Positions 13,322-25,693 of a DNA stretch of 64,000 nucleotides are shown piece after piece. The position numbers were made by a program, and so were the translations under genes. Under the pieces are notes generated by a model. That model was not told the DNA's origin and searched no databases. It worked only from the letters and a program-made list of their open reading frames with translations. This DNA comes from Octopus vulgaris (lineage: Eukaryota), in assembly GCA_951406725.2 (NCBI GenBank), contig OX597814.1, positions 225,618,001 through 225,682,000 of the forward strand, read 5' to 3'. The first letter of the stretch is position 1. Each line of letters opens with the position of its first letter.

Positions 13322-14257
13322 CTGAAAATAAAATGAACCAAAAGAATTTTAACTGATGTAATCTGATCCAGTATGTTACTATACAACATGTTCGTAGATT
13401 CAATATATCAACAACATCCCAATAAATTTTAAGGGAAATTGACAAAGTTGAAACATTATGAGTCAAAAGAGTTGTGGTTTCTAAATAAAGTCTTTAACTC
13501 AGAATTGTACTGGGGATGCAATATGAACAATAGCTAAGAAACTTCTCTCTTAAACTGCACAATCTACCTATATGTAAATAGATACAGAAGCCAAGTACAT
13601 CCCCTGCAATTGAGTACCAAAGACATAATATATTTGAGGCCATGTTTCAGTCAAGGCCTCAAAAAATTTACAACAGATAGAAAGTAGTTGAGTGAAACAT
13701 AGAAAAGTTAGCAGAAAATTATACAAATAATTTGGATGTGATACGAATTGACATGGTAACACAGATGTCTTTTATTTAATGAAGTAACTACTTCAAAAGA
13801 GGTTATTGACTAAGAGAATGCCTTTAAGATTCTACACTCTATTTTGGGCATGTTTTAGTCCTTCCTATTACTGATCACTATATAAAAGGTATTGAGTGCA
13901 GTTTATTGTGACATCAGCACTGTCTCAGGCCTGACCAAAGACTACTTTACACTGATTCTCTTCGCCAACCAACTTATAGAATCTACTGACATCCTTCTCC
14001 TTTTTACCCCATGTTGAGTCCATTCATTTGTTGAACAGGAAGGGGCATTATACTGCTCATCTCCCATCATTACTCTTTTCTCTGAAAGAGTAAATGATGC
14101 GAGAATAGCAGTATAATGAAAAATTATTATAAACACAATGCCTGAGACAGACTCATATATAGATATTATGCATTCCATTCTCCGGCATCATTTAAAAGAC
14201 AAGGAGGATCCAATCATAGACAAACCAGCAGGGGACATATAATTTGGATATTCCAGT

Positions 14258-14507
14258 TGCCTTACTGGCACTTGTGCCGGTGGCACGCGAAAAGACATTC
14301 GAGTGAGGTCGTTGCCAGTACTGCCTGAGTGGCTCCTGTGCCAGTGGCACGTAAAAGGACCCCTACACTCTCAGAGTGGTTGGCATTAGGAAGGGCATCC
14401 AGCTGTAGAAACTCTGCCAGATCAAGATTGGAGCCTGGTGCAGCCTCAGTCAAATCATTCAACCCATGCTAGCATGGAAAGTGGACGTTAAACGATGATG
14501 ATGATGA
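14258..14507 (+). mobile_element. RTE LINE 3' UTR copy
   Basis: gtggcacgtaaaa...ggaagggcatccagctgtagaaac...(GAT)n. Confidence 0.8.
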
Positions 14508-14987
14508 AATGGGGTAATTCATTAAATGTGCCAACTTTACTTTAGTGTCAGCAGTTAGGTCAAAACTAATACAGAATCAATTAAGAGATTTCCACTTGCT
14601 CTATGTAGCTTCAAAGCTCTGCAACAAAATTTGCTGCTAGTTCCATCTCCCTGTCTAGCATTAGTGGAATATCTATCCCTATCTCCTCCTCAAGTACATG
14701 GAAAAAATATTTGGAAAGAATCTACAGAAACAGTGAATGTTATGAAATTTTAATAAAAAAGGTGCCACATAAAAGGGATTGGTGATGGTGCCATGTAAAA
14801 AGCTGGCATTAGGAAAGGCTTCCAGCTGTAGAAAGCATGCCAAAACAGACTATGGAACCTGGTGCAGCCCCCGACGCCTTGCCAGCTCCTGTCAAACCGT
14901 CCAACACCTGCCAGCAGGGAAAACGGACTTATATGCTTATGATGATGATGATGTAAAATCAATTAAAAGCAAAAATGGATACAATAC

Positions 14988-15185
14988 CTGACCAGAAGCT
15001 GCTTTGTGGACAGGAGAAATCGACAAATCAGCAGCTTTTACTTCCCACACTTGGACTGATTCAAACCAATGATCAGGTTGCATGCTAGAATCATATCTGT
15101 AATAGGGCTTTGCTGTTTCTATCAGATGATCTTTAAAGAAATTTGTATGCTTCTCCAGGTCTTCATCTTTGAAACCAGTACCCAA
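14988..15185 (-). CDS. LIG1: LIG1 exon: [10 protein letters not shown]...[21 protein letters not shown]
   Basis: OB-fold sequence; AG/GT boundaries. Confidence 0.96.
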
Positions 15186-15483
15186 CTATTAAAAAAAGAA
15201 TATGAAACATTTATTTTGCTTTCGAAACTTCATCAAGAGTAATCTCCCTTAGCATTCGAAACGTCACTCTTAACCACGATAAGAATATGAAATTTAGTGT
15301 ATTCTAATTTTGAAATTAAATATTTTGTTAAATATAAAACAAGATTAACAACAGAGTAGAAAGAAAGCGGAATCTATTTCGCCTGTGAGAAAAAAGAAAA
15401 CAAAATTTTTAACAAAACACAATTTATAAATTAGTTTCTGGTTAGTAATTAATTACTAACTACCTAATCCTGCTCTTACATAT

Positions 15484-16935
15484 TACGAGAGTGGGCTGAA
15501 AGGTTCACAGGTTAAATATGAAAGAGTGGTGCTAGAGCAATGAAATCTTGCTTGAATTAACTTCAACCTTTCTTATTAATAATTGCAATGTTTCTTTCCG
15601 TGTAAACTAACTATTTAACCCTTTCGTTACTGTATTTATTTTGAGATGCTCTGTGTTTCTTTCAATTACTTTAAATATAACAAAGAATTTAGTAAAATAA
15701 CTTAGTTATCATTCAGCTAGTGTTAGGAACATAAATTGTTGACTAAAGTTTGGTGGAAGATTTTAATTCCAAACTTATGAATACAAGACATTTGTACTAC
15801 AGAGCCAGAGCCGGTTTCAGCCAGGTTGGTAACGAAGGGGTTAAAGAAGACTTCAAATATAACTAGTAGCAACTTCTCTTGAAAACGGTCAAAACTTGGC
15901 ATTGTGGTGTTATCAAGTATCAGCAGAAAAAGGGTTTAGCCGCTAAGGATATTCATGTTGACATGCTGGTTACATTAGGGGATGACGCACCAAATTTATC
16001 AACAGTACAAAAGCGGGCAGCTGCTGCTAGTAAAAGATGGGTAAGTCTTGAAGATGACCGGAGGTCTGGATGTCCTGCAACTGCCACCACCAAGGAAAAC
16101 ATTGATTGCATTCACCACATGGTGAGGGATGTTAGGCACTTGACTATAGATCAAATAGCATATTATTAGCATATTTCGTGAGAGTGTTCAGAATAATGTG
16201 CACAACGAACAGGTTTTTGCTCAGTAGGTGACACATCATCTGACACCTGGTCAAAAGCACACATCACATGAAAATCTGACATTGTTAGAGACAGATACTC
16301 TGGGGGTTTCCTTGAAAGTTTCCTAACACAGAATGAGTGTTTGGGTTCATCACACTGAGTCAGAGGCAAAGAGACAATCCATGCAGTGAAAACACTGCTC
16401 CAAAAAGGAGCCATAGTTGTTTCATCTGCAGGGAAAGTGATGGCCTCAGTTTTTGGCAAGGATGCAAAAGGTATTGTGCTTATTGAAAAGGGTCACACAG
16501 TCAATGGGAAGTAATATGCCAACTTGCTGAGGCAGTTATGAAAGGCTATCAAGGTGAAATGCCCAGGAAAACCAACGAAAGGGGTCTTGTTTCATCATGA
16601 CAATGCTCCAGCACAAGTCCTTAGTTTCAAAGGCTGCTCTGCTTGACTGGCTTTGAACTAGTTGATCACCGTCCCTATTAACCTGATTTAGCCCCATCTG
16701 TTCCCCAACATGAAAAAGCAGTTGGCTGGGAACCAGTATCACAGTGATGATGTCGTCATATCTGCTGTTGATTGTTTTTGAGCAACAGGATGAAAACTTC
16801 TTCACAAATGGAGTCAAAGCACTGCAACACCAACTGAACAAATGTGTGGACCACAAGGGAGACATGAAAAATAAGCCTCATTTAGGTCACATTCCATGAG
16901 AGTATCTTAAGCCTATGAACTTTCCAGTCAACCCT
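15484..16935 (+). mobile_element. Near full-length decayed mariner transposon
   Basis: TIR-like ends tacgagagtgggctgaaaggttcacagg and gcctatgaactttccagtcaaccct; transposase remnants VIKY..KKG..AKDIH..M..TLGDDAP..STV, EDD.RSG.P, HHDNAPA and a degenerate P(D)LAPS, broken by stops and frameshifts. Confidence 0.85.
15615..15844. mobile_element. piggyBac-type MITE family F nested in the mariner element
   Basis: TTAA at both ends; reverse orientation relative to 9271-9499. Confidence 0.85.
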
Positions 16936-17770
16936 TTTTTTTTTTTTTTTCTCTCCTTGTTTCAGCTCAGAGCTGCGGCCATGCTGATGCACCACCATTA
17001 TCTCTTTTTGACCCCAGTGCGAAAATGGTACTTTATTTATCGGCCCCGAAAGGATGAAAGGCAAAGTCGACCATGGCGGAATTTGAACTCAGAACCTAAC
17101 GACAGACGAAATACCACTAAGCATCTTGCTCAGCATGTTAACGTTTCTGCCAGATATTTTTGCATGATTTTTACAGATGGTTGCCTTTCTTCTCCCCAAT
17201 TGCATTACAGTGTGGACTGGGTATATTTTATAGTGCAACCCAGCACTAGAGAGGTTGTCTGTAAACATTAAAGAGTCTATTCCACTTAGTTTTTGTTCGG
17301 AGTTACTGCCCCCTTTGCTAGAGCTGAGGGTCCATGCTTGCTCTGTTCTTTCATCCTTATCTATTGGCATGATCTTTTAATCATGGCTGGATGACTTACA
17401 ACTACACAGTTTATAACATCAGAATACAAACCAATGAGAGAATCTCTACATCAGTTATGGGCAAACTGTGACCCATGGGTCTTTCTGAATGGCACACCTA
17501 GCAACAAATTGTTTTTAATACTGCCAATGAGTCATATCTCATGCGACTCACATCTCAAAAAAGTTGCCTATATCAGCACTACATCATCGCTCAACCAGCT
17601 AAAAATAGCAGCCAAATCTCCCTTAAACAATACTCTACTGTCTGAAGGGGATATATTAGAAAATGAGATCCTGAGTCCCCCTTCACATAGGAAAAAATAA
17701 ACAACATTATGTAAATGACCTCAGATTCAATGTTCATTGAACATTTCAACAGATAAAGTCACAATCTAAC

Positions 17771-17923
17771 CTTGCAAACAGTTTGAAATTCTTCATTTTC
17801 ATCATCATAACAGGCTAATAAGAAGCCACCATAGCGTCCAGTTCGTTTTCCAGTGCCCAAATAGCCTCCAATGGCCACTAAATCTAAAGTATCACCAACA
17901 CCATCAAGGTAGTCTTTCTTTAG
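17771..17923 (-). CDS. LIG1: LIG1 exon: [40 protein letters not shown]...TVCK
   Basis: Motif V and start of the OB fold; AG/GT boundaries. Confidence 0.97.
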
Positions 17924-18072
17924 CTGTAAGGAAGAGAAAATAACCAGTGCAATCAGTTTTTCTGGCATAAAGAGACAATCTTATAATAGATTGGGGAGAA
18001 TTACAATTTCTCTCTGCAGCAAGTTGTTTTTTTTATTTTATTTTTTTTAATTATATCTGTCATCACTACATA

Positions 18073-18186
18073 GAAGGCTGCAGGGTATATCAGACGAAAC
18101 GTTGTGTTAACAACAAACAGGATGAGGACAAATATCCGTCGAATGTAAATAATGTACATAATTCCTCATCTCTTCAATATAGAACT
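18073..18186 (+). mobile_element. Probable Penelope-like terminal fragment with truncated hammerhead-like motif
   Basis: gaaggctg-cagggtatat-cagac-gaaacg; the 3' part is repeated at about 5355-5430. Confidence 0.5.
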
Positions 18187-18644
18187 ATATAAAATTTACA
18201 ATTGGATAAGGTGTGTGTGCGTGCATGCATGCATGTATGAATGAATGAATGAATGAATGAATGAATGAATGAATTGCATAAGAAGATTTTAATGTAAATG
18301 ATATAAAACATAAGTATCAACTTGAGCTGAGACGAAAAATAAAAGAGTAGCAGGCCCACAAGCGGAACTCAAACTTTGAACTTGTTCCAAATAGCACAAT
18401 CTCTGTATTCAGTACTATTCCCCTCATTTCTATACACTAAAGTTCCACACATACACACACACACAAATCTTTTCCTAGATCAAACCATTCCAAGTATACA
18501 TTAAAGATATGTTGCCCAAAGTTTCGTTACTCAAGATACACCATATGTCAGGACCAGTATTATCTAAAGGTAGGGCACCATAGGTGCTGCAGCAGTAATG
18601 CCTTCAAAGCACAAGGGACCACTAAACAGTTTAATTATATACTG

Positions 18645-18790
18645 ATGGAGTTGTCACAGAAGTGATACTCAAGCTGAACTAGCACTCAAGCTGGATTGTA
18701 CTCAAACTGGGCTTCACTCAAGCTGGATCATCACTTGAAATAGAGTGTCATACAAATTGGGCCAGGCTATCACTCAACTTCTCAGCTGCT
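18645..18790. repeat. Degenerate 17-18-bp tandem repeat (actcaagctgga core)
   Basis: At least 4 clear recurrences of actcaa(g/a)ctg. Confidence 0.55.
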
Positions 18791-19343
18791 ATATCAACCT
18801 TAAAAAAACTCCCCTACTGTCTTCAAAACTGAGAATCACAAGATTTAAGTCCTAAAGCTTGATATAATACACTGCAATGAAGTCCAAAATGAATAAAACT
18901 TGAATACTTAGTGCTGAATTTTAACCCAAGACACATCAGCTGTAGCATATCTGTATATCTAGGCACTGAAAACGTGGAGTGCTAAGATTTAGATCAGTAA
19001 ACTTTGGGACAGAGTTTTACACAAGGAGAGATAATCTACAATAGCAAAATCAATTTTATCGGGAATATATATAGAGAGAGATAAAGCAGTGAATTGTCAG
19101 AATTGTTAGCGTGCTGGGTAAAATACTTAGTGGCATTTCGTCTGTCTTTATATTCTGAGTTCAAATTCCACTGAGACTGACTTTGCTTTGCACCCTTTCA
19201 GGGCTGATAAAATGAGTACCAGTTGAATACTGGTGTTGGTGTAACTGACTAGCTCCTCCCCACAAATTGCTGGTCTTGTACCAAAATTTGAAACCAATAT
19301 TTAAAAAGAGACAAAGAAAGATACATAAAATATAAAGTTATAC

Positions 19344-19426
19344 CTTCAACCAGTTGTGTGATCTTTTGGCAATTTCATACGTGGCATCAACGTCAAGAGT
19401 TTTGACAATTAGGCCTTCACAGTTAC
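19344..19426 (-). CDS. LIG1: LIG1 exon: [27 protein letters not shown]
   Basis: Motif IV; AG/GT boundaries. Confidence 0.97.
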
Positions 19427-20456
19427 CTGTAACAATACAAATATGTATACATAAATACATATCATTGTCAGAGAAAGATTCAGGACAATAACAACCGAGT
19501 GGTTAACACAAAAGATGTTTCTTATGTTCGAATTAATTAATTTGCATTTTTGAGTTGTGTTTCTTGCTAGTCTTGACCAGAATCAATTGTTAAGGCTAAT
19601 GACCTTTCTCTTCTCTAAAGGTGTAATTTTACATATACTTTTCAAAGCACACTACATCAAGTTTGTTAGCTTGTTCTAAACCATTACAAAATAAGTCATG
19701 TGTTCAAACTCTATCATGGACACAATGTTCCATCCAAATGAAAGGTAGTATAACTTTGTTTGCCTCATGTAACCTACTGATCTAAATGGAAAGAAGCGTG
19801 TTGGCTGAGTCATCATGATTTCCAAATTCCAGAGATCAAATCTTGACATAGATAATCATCATCATCATCATTTAACATCCGATTTCCATGTTAGCATGGG
19901 TTGGACGATCTGACAGGAGCTGACCAGTCAGGGAGTTGTCCAGACTCCAGTTGTCTGTTGAGGTATGATTTCTATGGCTGTATGTCCTTCCTAACACCAA
20001 TCACTTTACAGAGTGGTTGGCATTAGGAAGGGCGTCCAGCCGTAATTACAATGTAATTCTAGAATCATTCTAAGGTGGCAAACTGGCAGAATTGTTACCA
20101 TGATAGACAAAATGCTTAGCAGCATTTCTTCTGTTTTTACATTCTGAGTTCAAATCTCACTGAGGTCAACTTTGTCTTTTATTTTTTGGGGGTTGATAAA
20201 GTAAGTACTAGTTAAGTACTCAGCTCAATGTAATTAACTACTCCCTCCCCACAAAATTTCAGGCCTTGTGCCTATAGTAGAAAGAATTCTAGACATTCTT
20301 AGGTACACCAGTACTCAAGTCTCATTACCTGCAGTATTGCACACGCTTCACTAACTACTGTAATTGCCAAAATCTACACTAATATAGGAGAAAAAAAATA
20401 TTAAAAAAAAAAACAAAAATTATGTTCAAAAATACATAGAAGTTGATTTCAGTTAC

Positions 20457-20673
20457 CTTTTATTGATTCTTCTAAAAATTCTCCAATAACTTCAGGGTTT
20501 GATGCTGTAAGAGATTTGGCAAAAACCAATTCTCCTTCTACTTCAAAAAAATTGTCCCAGAGCAACTGCCGTCTCTTGCGGAAAGGTTCTCGAACTAGTG
20601 ACTCACCGTTGAGGTAAAGCAAATCAAATGCATGGATACACACCTGAACTTTGATATCATCAGTGGAAGCATC
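20457..20673 (-). CDS. LIG1: LIG1 exon: [35 protein letters not shown]...EFLEESIK(G)
   Basis: Motif IIIa; AG/GT boundaries. Confidence 0.96.
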
Positions 20674-22359
20674 CTGTTACCAAAGAAAGTAGAGAGAAAA
20701 AATCAGTTGAAGACAGCTTTGAATAACAAATGAAAACAGACTTCGACTTCAAATTAATCATAATGTTAACAATGTTTTTTTTTTCACACTGACATAAACC
20801 TGTATATCTATATGACAATAGGAGCAGGCATGGCTGTGTGGTTCACAAGCCTAGTTCCCAACAATGTGGTCTTCAAGAAGCTGAACCTTTAGGGTGAGAT
20901 GACAAAGGACCAAGATATCTGGCGCCTGGCTGTACTCAACAGCAGAAGTGTCAAGACCAATCCTTCTGTTGGGTGAAGCACACATGGCGGTGCTACGTAA
21001 AAGCACACATGTGGAACCAAATGAAATGCCCATGCAGTGACACATAAGAGCACCTGTGCAGTGCCCATGCAGCACCATGTAAAAGCACCTGTGTGGTGCC
21101 ATGTAAAAACACCTGTGCAGTGCCACGTAAAAGCATCCAGCACACTCTGTAAAGTGGTTTGCATTAGGAAGGGCATCCAGCAGTAGAAACCATGCCAAAT
21201 CAGACTAGAGTCTGGTGCAGCCCCATCAGCTTGTCAGCTCTGGTCATACCATCCAACCACCCATGCCAGCATGGACAATGGACATTAAATGATGATGATG
21301 ATGCATGGCACTGTGGGCAAGTGTCTTCTACTACAGCCTCAAGCCAACTAAAGTCTTGTGAGAGAATTTGGCAGACAGAGCATTATTGTCATACAAGCAA
21401 AGTTTTTCATTTCCAGTCTTCAGTGAAAAACATGTCTAGCTAAGGAAAATATTGCCTTACATGGAAACAAGAGGTAGGGCATCTGGCCATAGAAAAATCT
21501 GCCTCAGCAAATTCCATCTGGACTAAGCAAGCATGTAAAAGTGGACATTCAATGATGATGAAGATCCTAGTGAATTATTGATAATTATTTCAATGACTCT
21601 GAAGAAACAAAATGCTAAGTTGACCTCAGAAAATACAGAAGTGAAACTAAATACCATAAAGTATTCAGTCAACTGTTCTATCAACATTTAGTCATCACCA
21701 TCATAATCAGCATTCATAGGTGCAGTTGTGCAATACCCCACCTTTTTATGTCATCTTATAAGTGATATTTAATACTTTCAAATCTGATCTATCTCCATCA
21801 GAAATGTTAGTTATATTTTTATCATAGTTCCTCCCTACTACAATTGCACAATGATACCAGCCTAGCATGCATCATCATAGTGGCATCATTGTTTCAACTA
21901 TATACACTGACTAACATTCTTCATGCCTTCTCACTTTTCCAAATTGATGAGATACTCAACTTGTTCCTCACGTAAGATTCTTCTACAACCAACAGGCCGT
22001 GTCTGAATCTTCTACAACCACTTCTAATACACTACTGCCTTTTCACATTGTTCATTAACAACTTAGATTTCAGTTCTAATTGCAGAATTATTTAATGGCC
22101 AGTGCCAAGTTGTCTCTGAAGAATTCTTAGCTGGACTTGAAACTATGCAAAATCACTATTCCAATTTTTTTTTTTTCTTTTTGTCATTATGAACATCAGC
22201 CAGCATCACTGGAAGGCTAGCTCTTGTATACAGATTTCCTATTATGGTTAAAGATGTTATTCCTATCCTCATAACTGCACACTGATGTTACAGTTGGATG
22301 CATTTCTCATTGCTAACTACTCGACCATGATATGAGAATAACAGTCTGAAATAACCAGT

Positions 22360-22598
22360 GTATGCATGCCCAGTCTAGAAGCAGAATTTATAGGTGATCA
22401 GTCTAGAAGTAGATTATGTGTACCCAATCTAGAAGCAGAGTATATGTACCTCATCTCGGAACAAAGTGTATGTACTCACTTTAGAGGCAGAGTTTATCTA
22501 TGCCCAGTCTAGAAACAGAGAATATGTGGCTTATCTAGAATCAGGGTATATATGTGCCCAATGTAGAAACACAGTATATAATTGCCCAGTCTAGAAGA
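22360..22598. repeat. Degenerate ~29-bp minisatellite (cccagtctagaagcagagtatatgtg)
   Basis: About 8-9 periodic tctagaa cores. Confidence 0.7.
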
Positions 22599-22800
22599 GC
22601 CACCACAGTTCAACTAATAAGGAAGGTACTGATAAACATATCTAATGAACATTAGTGACAGACCTACAACCAACCTTGTACTGCCAGCACATATTTCATC
22701 CCAACACACAACAGGAATACTGGTTAAGTGAGAGAATTCCCAATAGTAAAGAACTTTCATCTGCAGACCACATACTACCTGTTTGGTAGAATGGATGACA

Positions 22801-23021
22801 AGGCGGCGAGCTGGCACGCCAGGTGAAATGCTTAGTGCATTTTGTCTGCCGCTACGTTCTGAGTTCAAATTCCGCTGAAGTCAACTTTGCCTTTCATCCT
22901 TTCGGGGTCGATAAATTAAGTACCAATTACGCACTGGGGTCGATGTAATCGACTTAATCTCTTTGTCTGTCCTTGTTTGTCCCCTCTATGTTTAGCCCCT
23001 TGTGGGCAATAAAGAAATAAG
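22801..23021 (+). mobile_element. tRNA-derived SINE, family C (Nin-domain-like core)
   Basis: B box GAGTTCAAATTCC; gcctttcatcctttcggggtcgataaattaagtacc resembles the Nin/Deu SINE core (from memory); copies near 17010, 19085, 20073, 29834, 31878, 32370, 38640 and 39222. Confidence 0.82.
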
Positions 23022-23744
23022 AATGGATGATAATGCTGAAACTATTACTAACATCAGAGAAAGGAAAAAAAATGGAATTGGTAGATAACTGTTGAAAGAC
23101 ATGCAGAACATGTGCTTGCACATGGGTTGAAGAACAGTGCCAAGTTTAACGGCCCCTGGCTATTCCAGATAGGCATCAAATTGGACAACAGTGCTTTCCA
23201 AGTTAGCATGGCTCTTTACTTGGCCTTGAAAATGTGCCAAATAATAATGTGTAAAGGTGAGCATTAGGCTGCCCCAAACTGATGTCATAAGCTGTTGCAG
23301 AGAGCAAAACAATGAGAGAAACAAAAGGAACAAATGAGCCCTGGTATCTACAAGCATATCAGCAATCTTGGATCTCACAGGACTGGCATGTAACTATGTG
23401 AGATCCAAACTATGGTAAATACTTGAATGGAATTATCTGCCTCCCATAACCCACAGATCACTTGTTGACCTGGGATGCTACTTATCACCAACACTTTCAC
23501 AGAGAACAACATTGTTCACTCCTTGAGTACAATGAAAGCCCATGTTGACAGACAGCAGAATGGATGAATGCTAAACACATGTCCCTTTAAACTTGTGACA
23601 ATAGAAACACTTGACTCCACCAGCAAATTGAGAGTTTTCATCAATGCCATTGGCTGATGACAAACAAAGTGCTCTACTTCAGGATTGTAGAAATGAATTG
23701 GTCCAGCAGTCATTGACAGAGACGTTTTGTGTTTTGGTGGACAG

Positions 23745-25097
23745 CTGGACTGTTGATGGCCACACCCTTACCATTTGTACAGACCTGGACTGTTGATGGC
23801 CACACCCTTACCATTTGTACAGACCTGGACTGTTGATGGCCACACCCTTACCATTTGTACAGACCTGGACTGTTGATGGCCACACCCTTACCATTTGTAC
23901 AGACCTGGACTGTTGATGGCCACACCCTTACCATTTGTACAGACCTGGACTGTTGATGGCCACACCTACCATTTGACCTGGACTGTTGATGGCCACACCC
24001 TTACCATTTGTACAGACCTGGACTGTTGATGGCCACACCCTTACCATTTGTACAGACCTGGACTGTTGATGGCCACACCCTTACCATTTGTACAGACCTG
24101 GACTGTTGATGGCCACACCCTTACCATTTGTACAGACCTGGACTGTTGATGGCCACACCCTTACCATTTGTACAGACCTGGACTGTTGATGGCCACACCC
24201 TTACATTTGTACAGACCTGGACTGTTGATGGCCACACCCTTACCATTTGTACAGACCTGGACTGTTGATGGCCACACCCCATTTGTACCATTTGTACCAG
24301 ACCTGGACTGTTGATGGCCACACCCTTACCATTTGTACAGACCTGGACTGTTGATGGCCACACCTTACCATTTGTACAGACCTGGACTGTTGATGGCCAC
24401 ACCCTTACCATTTGTACAGACCTGGACTGTTGATGGCCACACCTACCATTTGTACAGACCTGGACTGTTGATGGCCACACTTACCATTTGTACAGACCTG
24501 GACTGTTGATGGCCACACCCTTACCATTTGTACAGACCTGGACTGTTGATGGCCACACCCTTACCATTTGTACAGACCTGGACTGTTGATGGCCACACCC
24601 TTACCATTTGTACAGACCTGGACTGTTGATGGCCACACCCTTACCATTTGTACAGACCTGGACTGTTGATGGCCACACCCTTACCATTTGTACAGACCTG
24701 GACTGTTGATGGCCACACCCTTACCATTTGTACAGACCTGGACTGTTGATGGCCACACCCTTACCATTTGTACAGACCTGGACTGTTGATGGCCACACCC
24801 TTACCATTTGTACAGACCTGGACTGTTGATGGCCACACCCTTACCATTTGTACAGACCTGGACTGTTGATGGCCACACCCTTACCATTTGTACAGACCTG
24901 GACTGTTGATGGCCACACCCTTACCATTTGTACAGACCTGGACTGTTGATGGCCACACTTACCATTTGTACAGACCTGGACTGTTGATGGCCACACCCTT
25001 ACCATTTGTACAGACCTGGACTGTTGATGGCCACACCCTTACCATTTGTACAGACCTGGACTGTTGATGGCCACACCCTTACCATTTGTACAGACCT
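23745..25097. repeat. 40-bp minisatellite, about 34 copies (gactgttgatggccacacccttaccatttgtacagacctg)
   Basis: Near-perfect tandem array; the variants seen are small indels. Confidence 0.98.
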
Positions 25098-25124
25098 AAA
25101 TTAAAAGAAAAGGAAGGAAAATAT

Positions 25125-25344
25125 TACTCTTTACTCTTTTACTTGTTTCAGTCATTTGACTGTGGCCATGCTAGAGCACCGCCTATAGTTCAGCAAATCG
25201 ACCTCAGAACTTATTCTTTGGAAGCCTAGTACTTATTCTAGCGGTCTCTTTTGCCGAACCACTAAGTGGCGGGGACGTAAACACACCAACATCGGTTTTC
25301 AAGCAATGTTGGGGGGGGGGGGACAAACACAGACATATACACAC

Positions 25345-25402
<58 letters not shown>

Positions 25403-25562
25403 CAGGCTTCTTTAAGTTTCCGTCTACCAAATCCACTCACAAAGCTTTGGTTGGCCCGAGGCTATAGTAGAAGACACTTGCCCAAGGTGCCATGCAGTGG
25501 GACTGAACCCGGAACCATGTGGTTTGTAAGTAAGCTACTTACCACACAGCCACTCCTACGCC
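25125..25562 (-). mobile_element. tRNA-derived SINE, family B, with internal (TA/CA)n
   Basis: Head ggcgtaggagtggctgtgtggtaag...gggttcagtccc and tail (aagagtaa)n. Confidence 0.88.
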
Positions 25563-25693
25563 TATTGTATATTCTAGACCAACTCTCTTGCACTCAGTTC
25601 AACACTTAGCTTTATATTGCACATTTAGAAGGTCACACTATTCTTTTTTCCTTTCACTTATAGCAGTGCCCCTACTTTAATTACTTGCAAAAC

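Noticed and set aside
13942-14083. Possible extra LIG1 exon after the acceptor-like tttactctttcag (ORF 13942..14178)
   Set aside because: In the required phase 0 it reads RKE-stop, the flanking exons already join into an uninterrupted ligase sequence and no clear donor was found. At most a poison exon, and unsupported.
21880-23740. Possible highly decayed LINE coding sequence on the minus strand
   Set aside because: The composition is suggestive, but I could not recover a diagnostic RT or endonuclease motif by eye. A translated search would be needed.
23745-25097. CRISPR-like array or repeat protein (ORF 24121..24480)
   Set aside because: The units are contiguous with no unique spacers, there are no cas genes and the context is a eukaryotic intron. 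The 40-bp unit is not a multiple of 3 and the ORF depends on indels.
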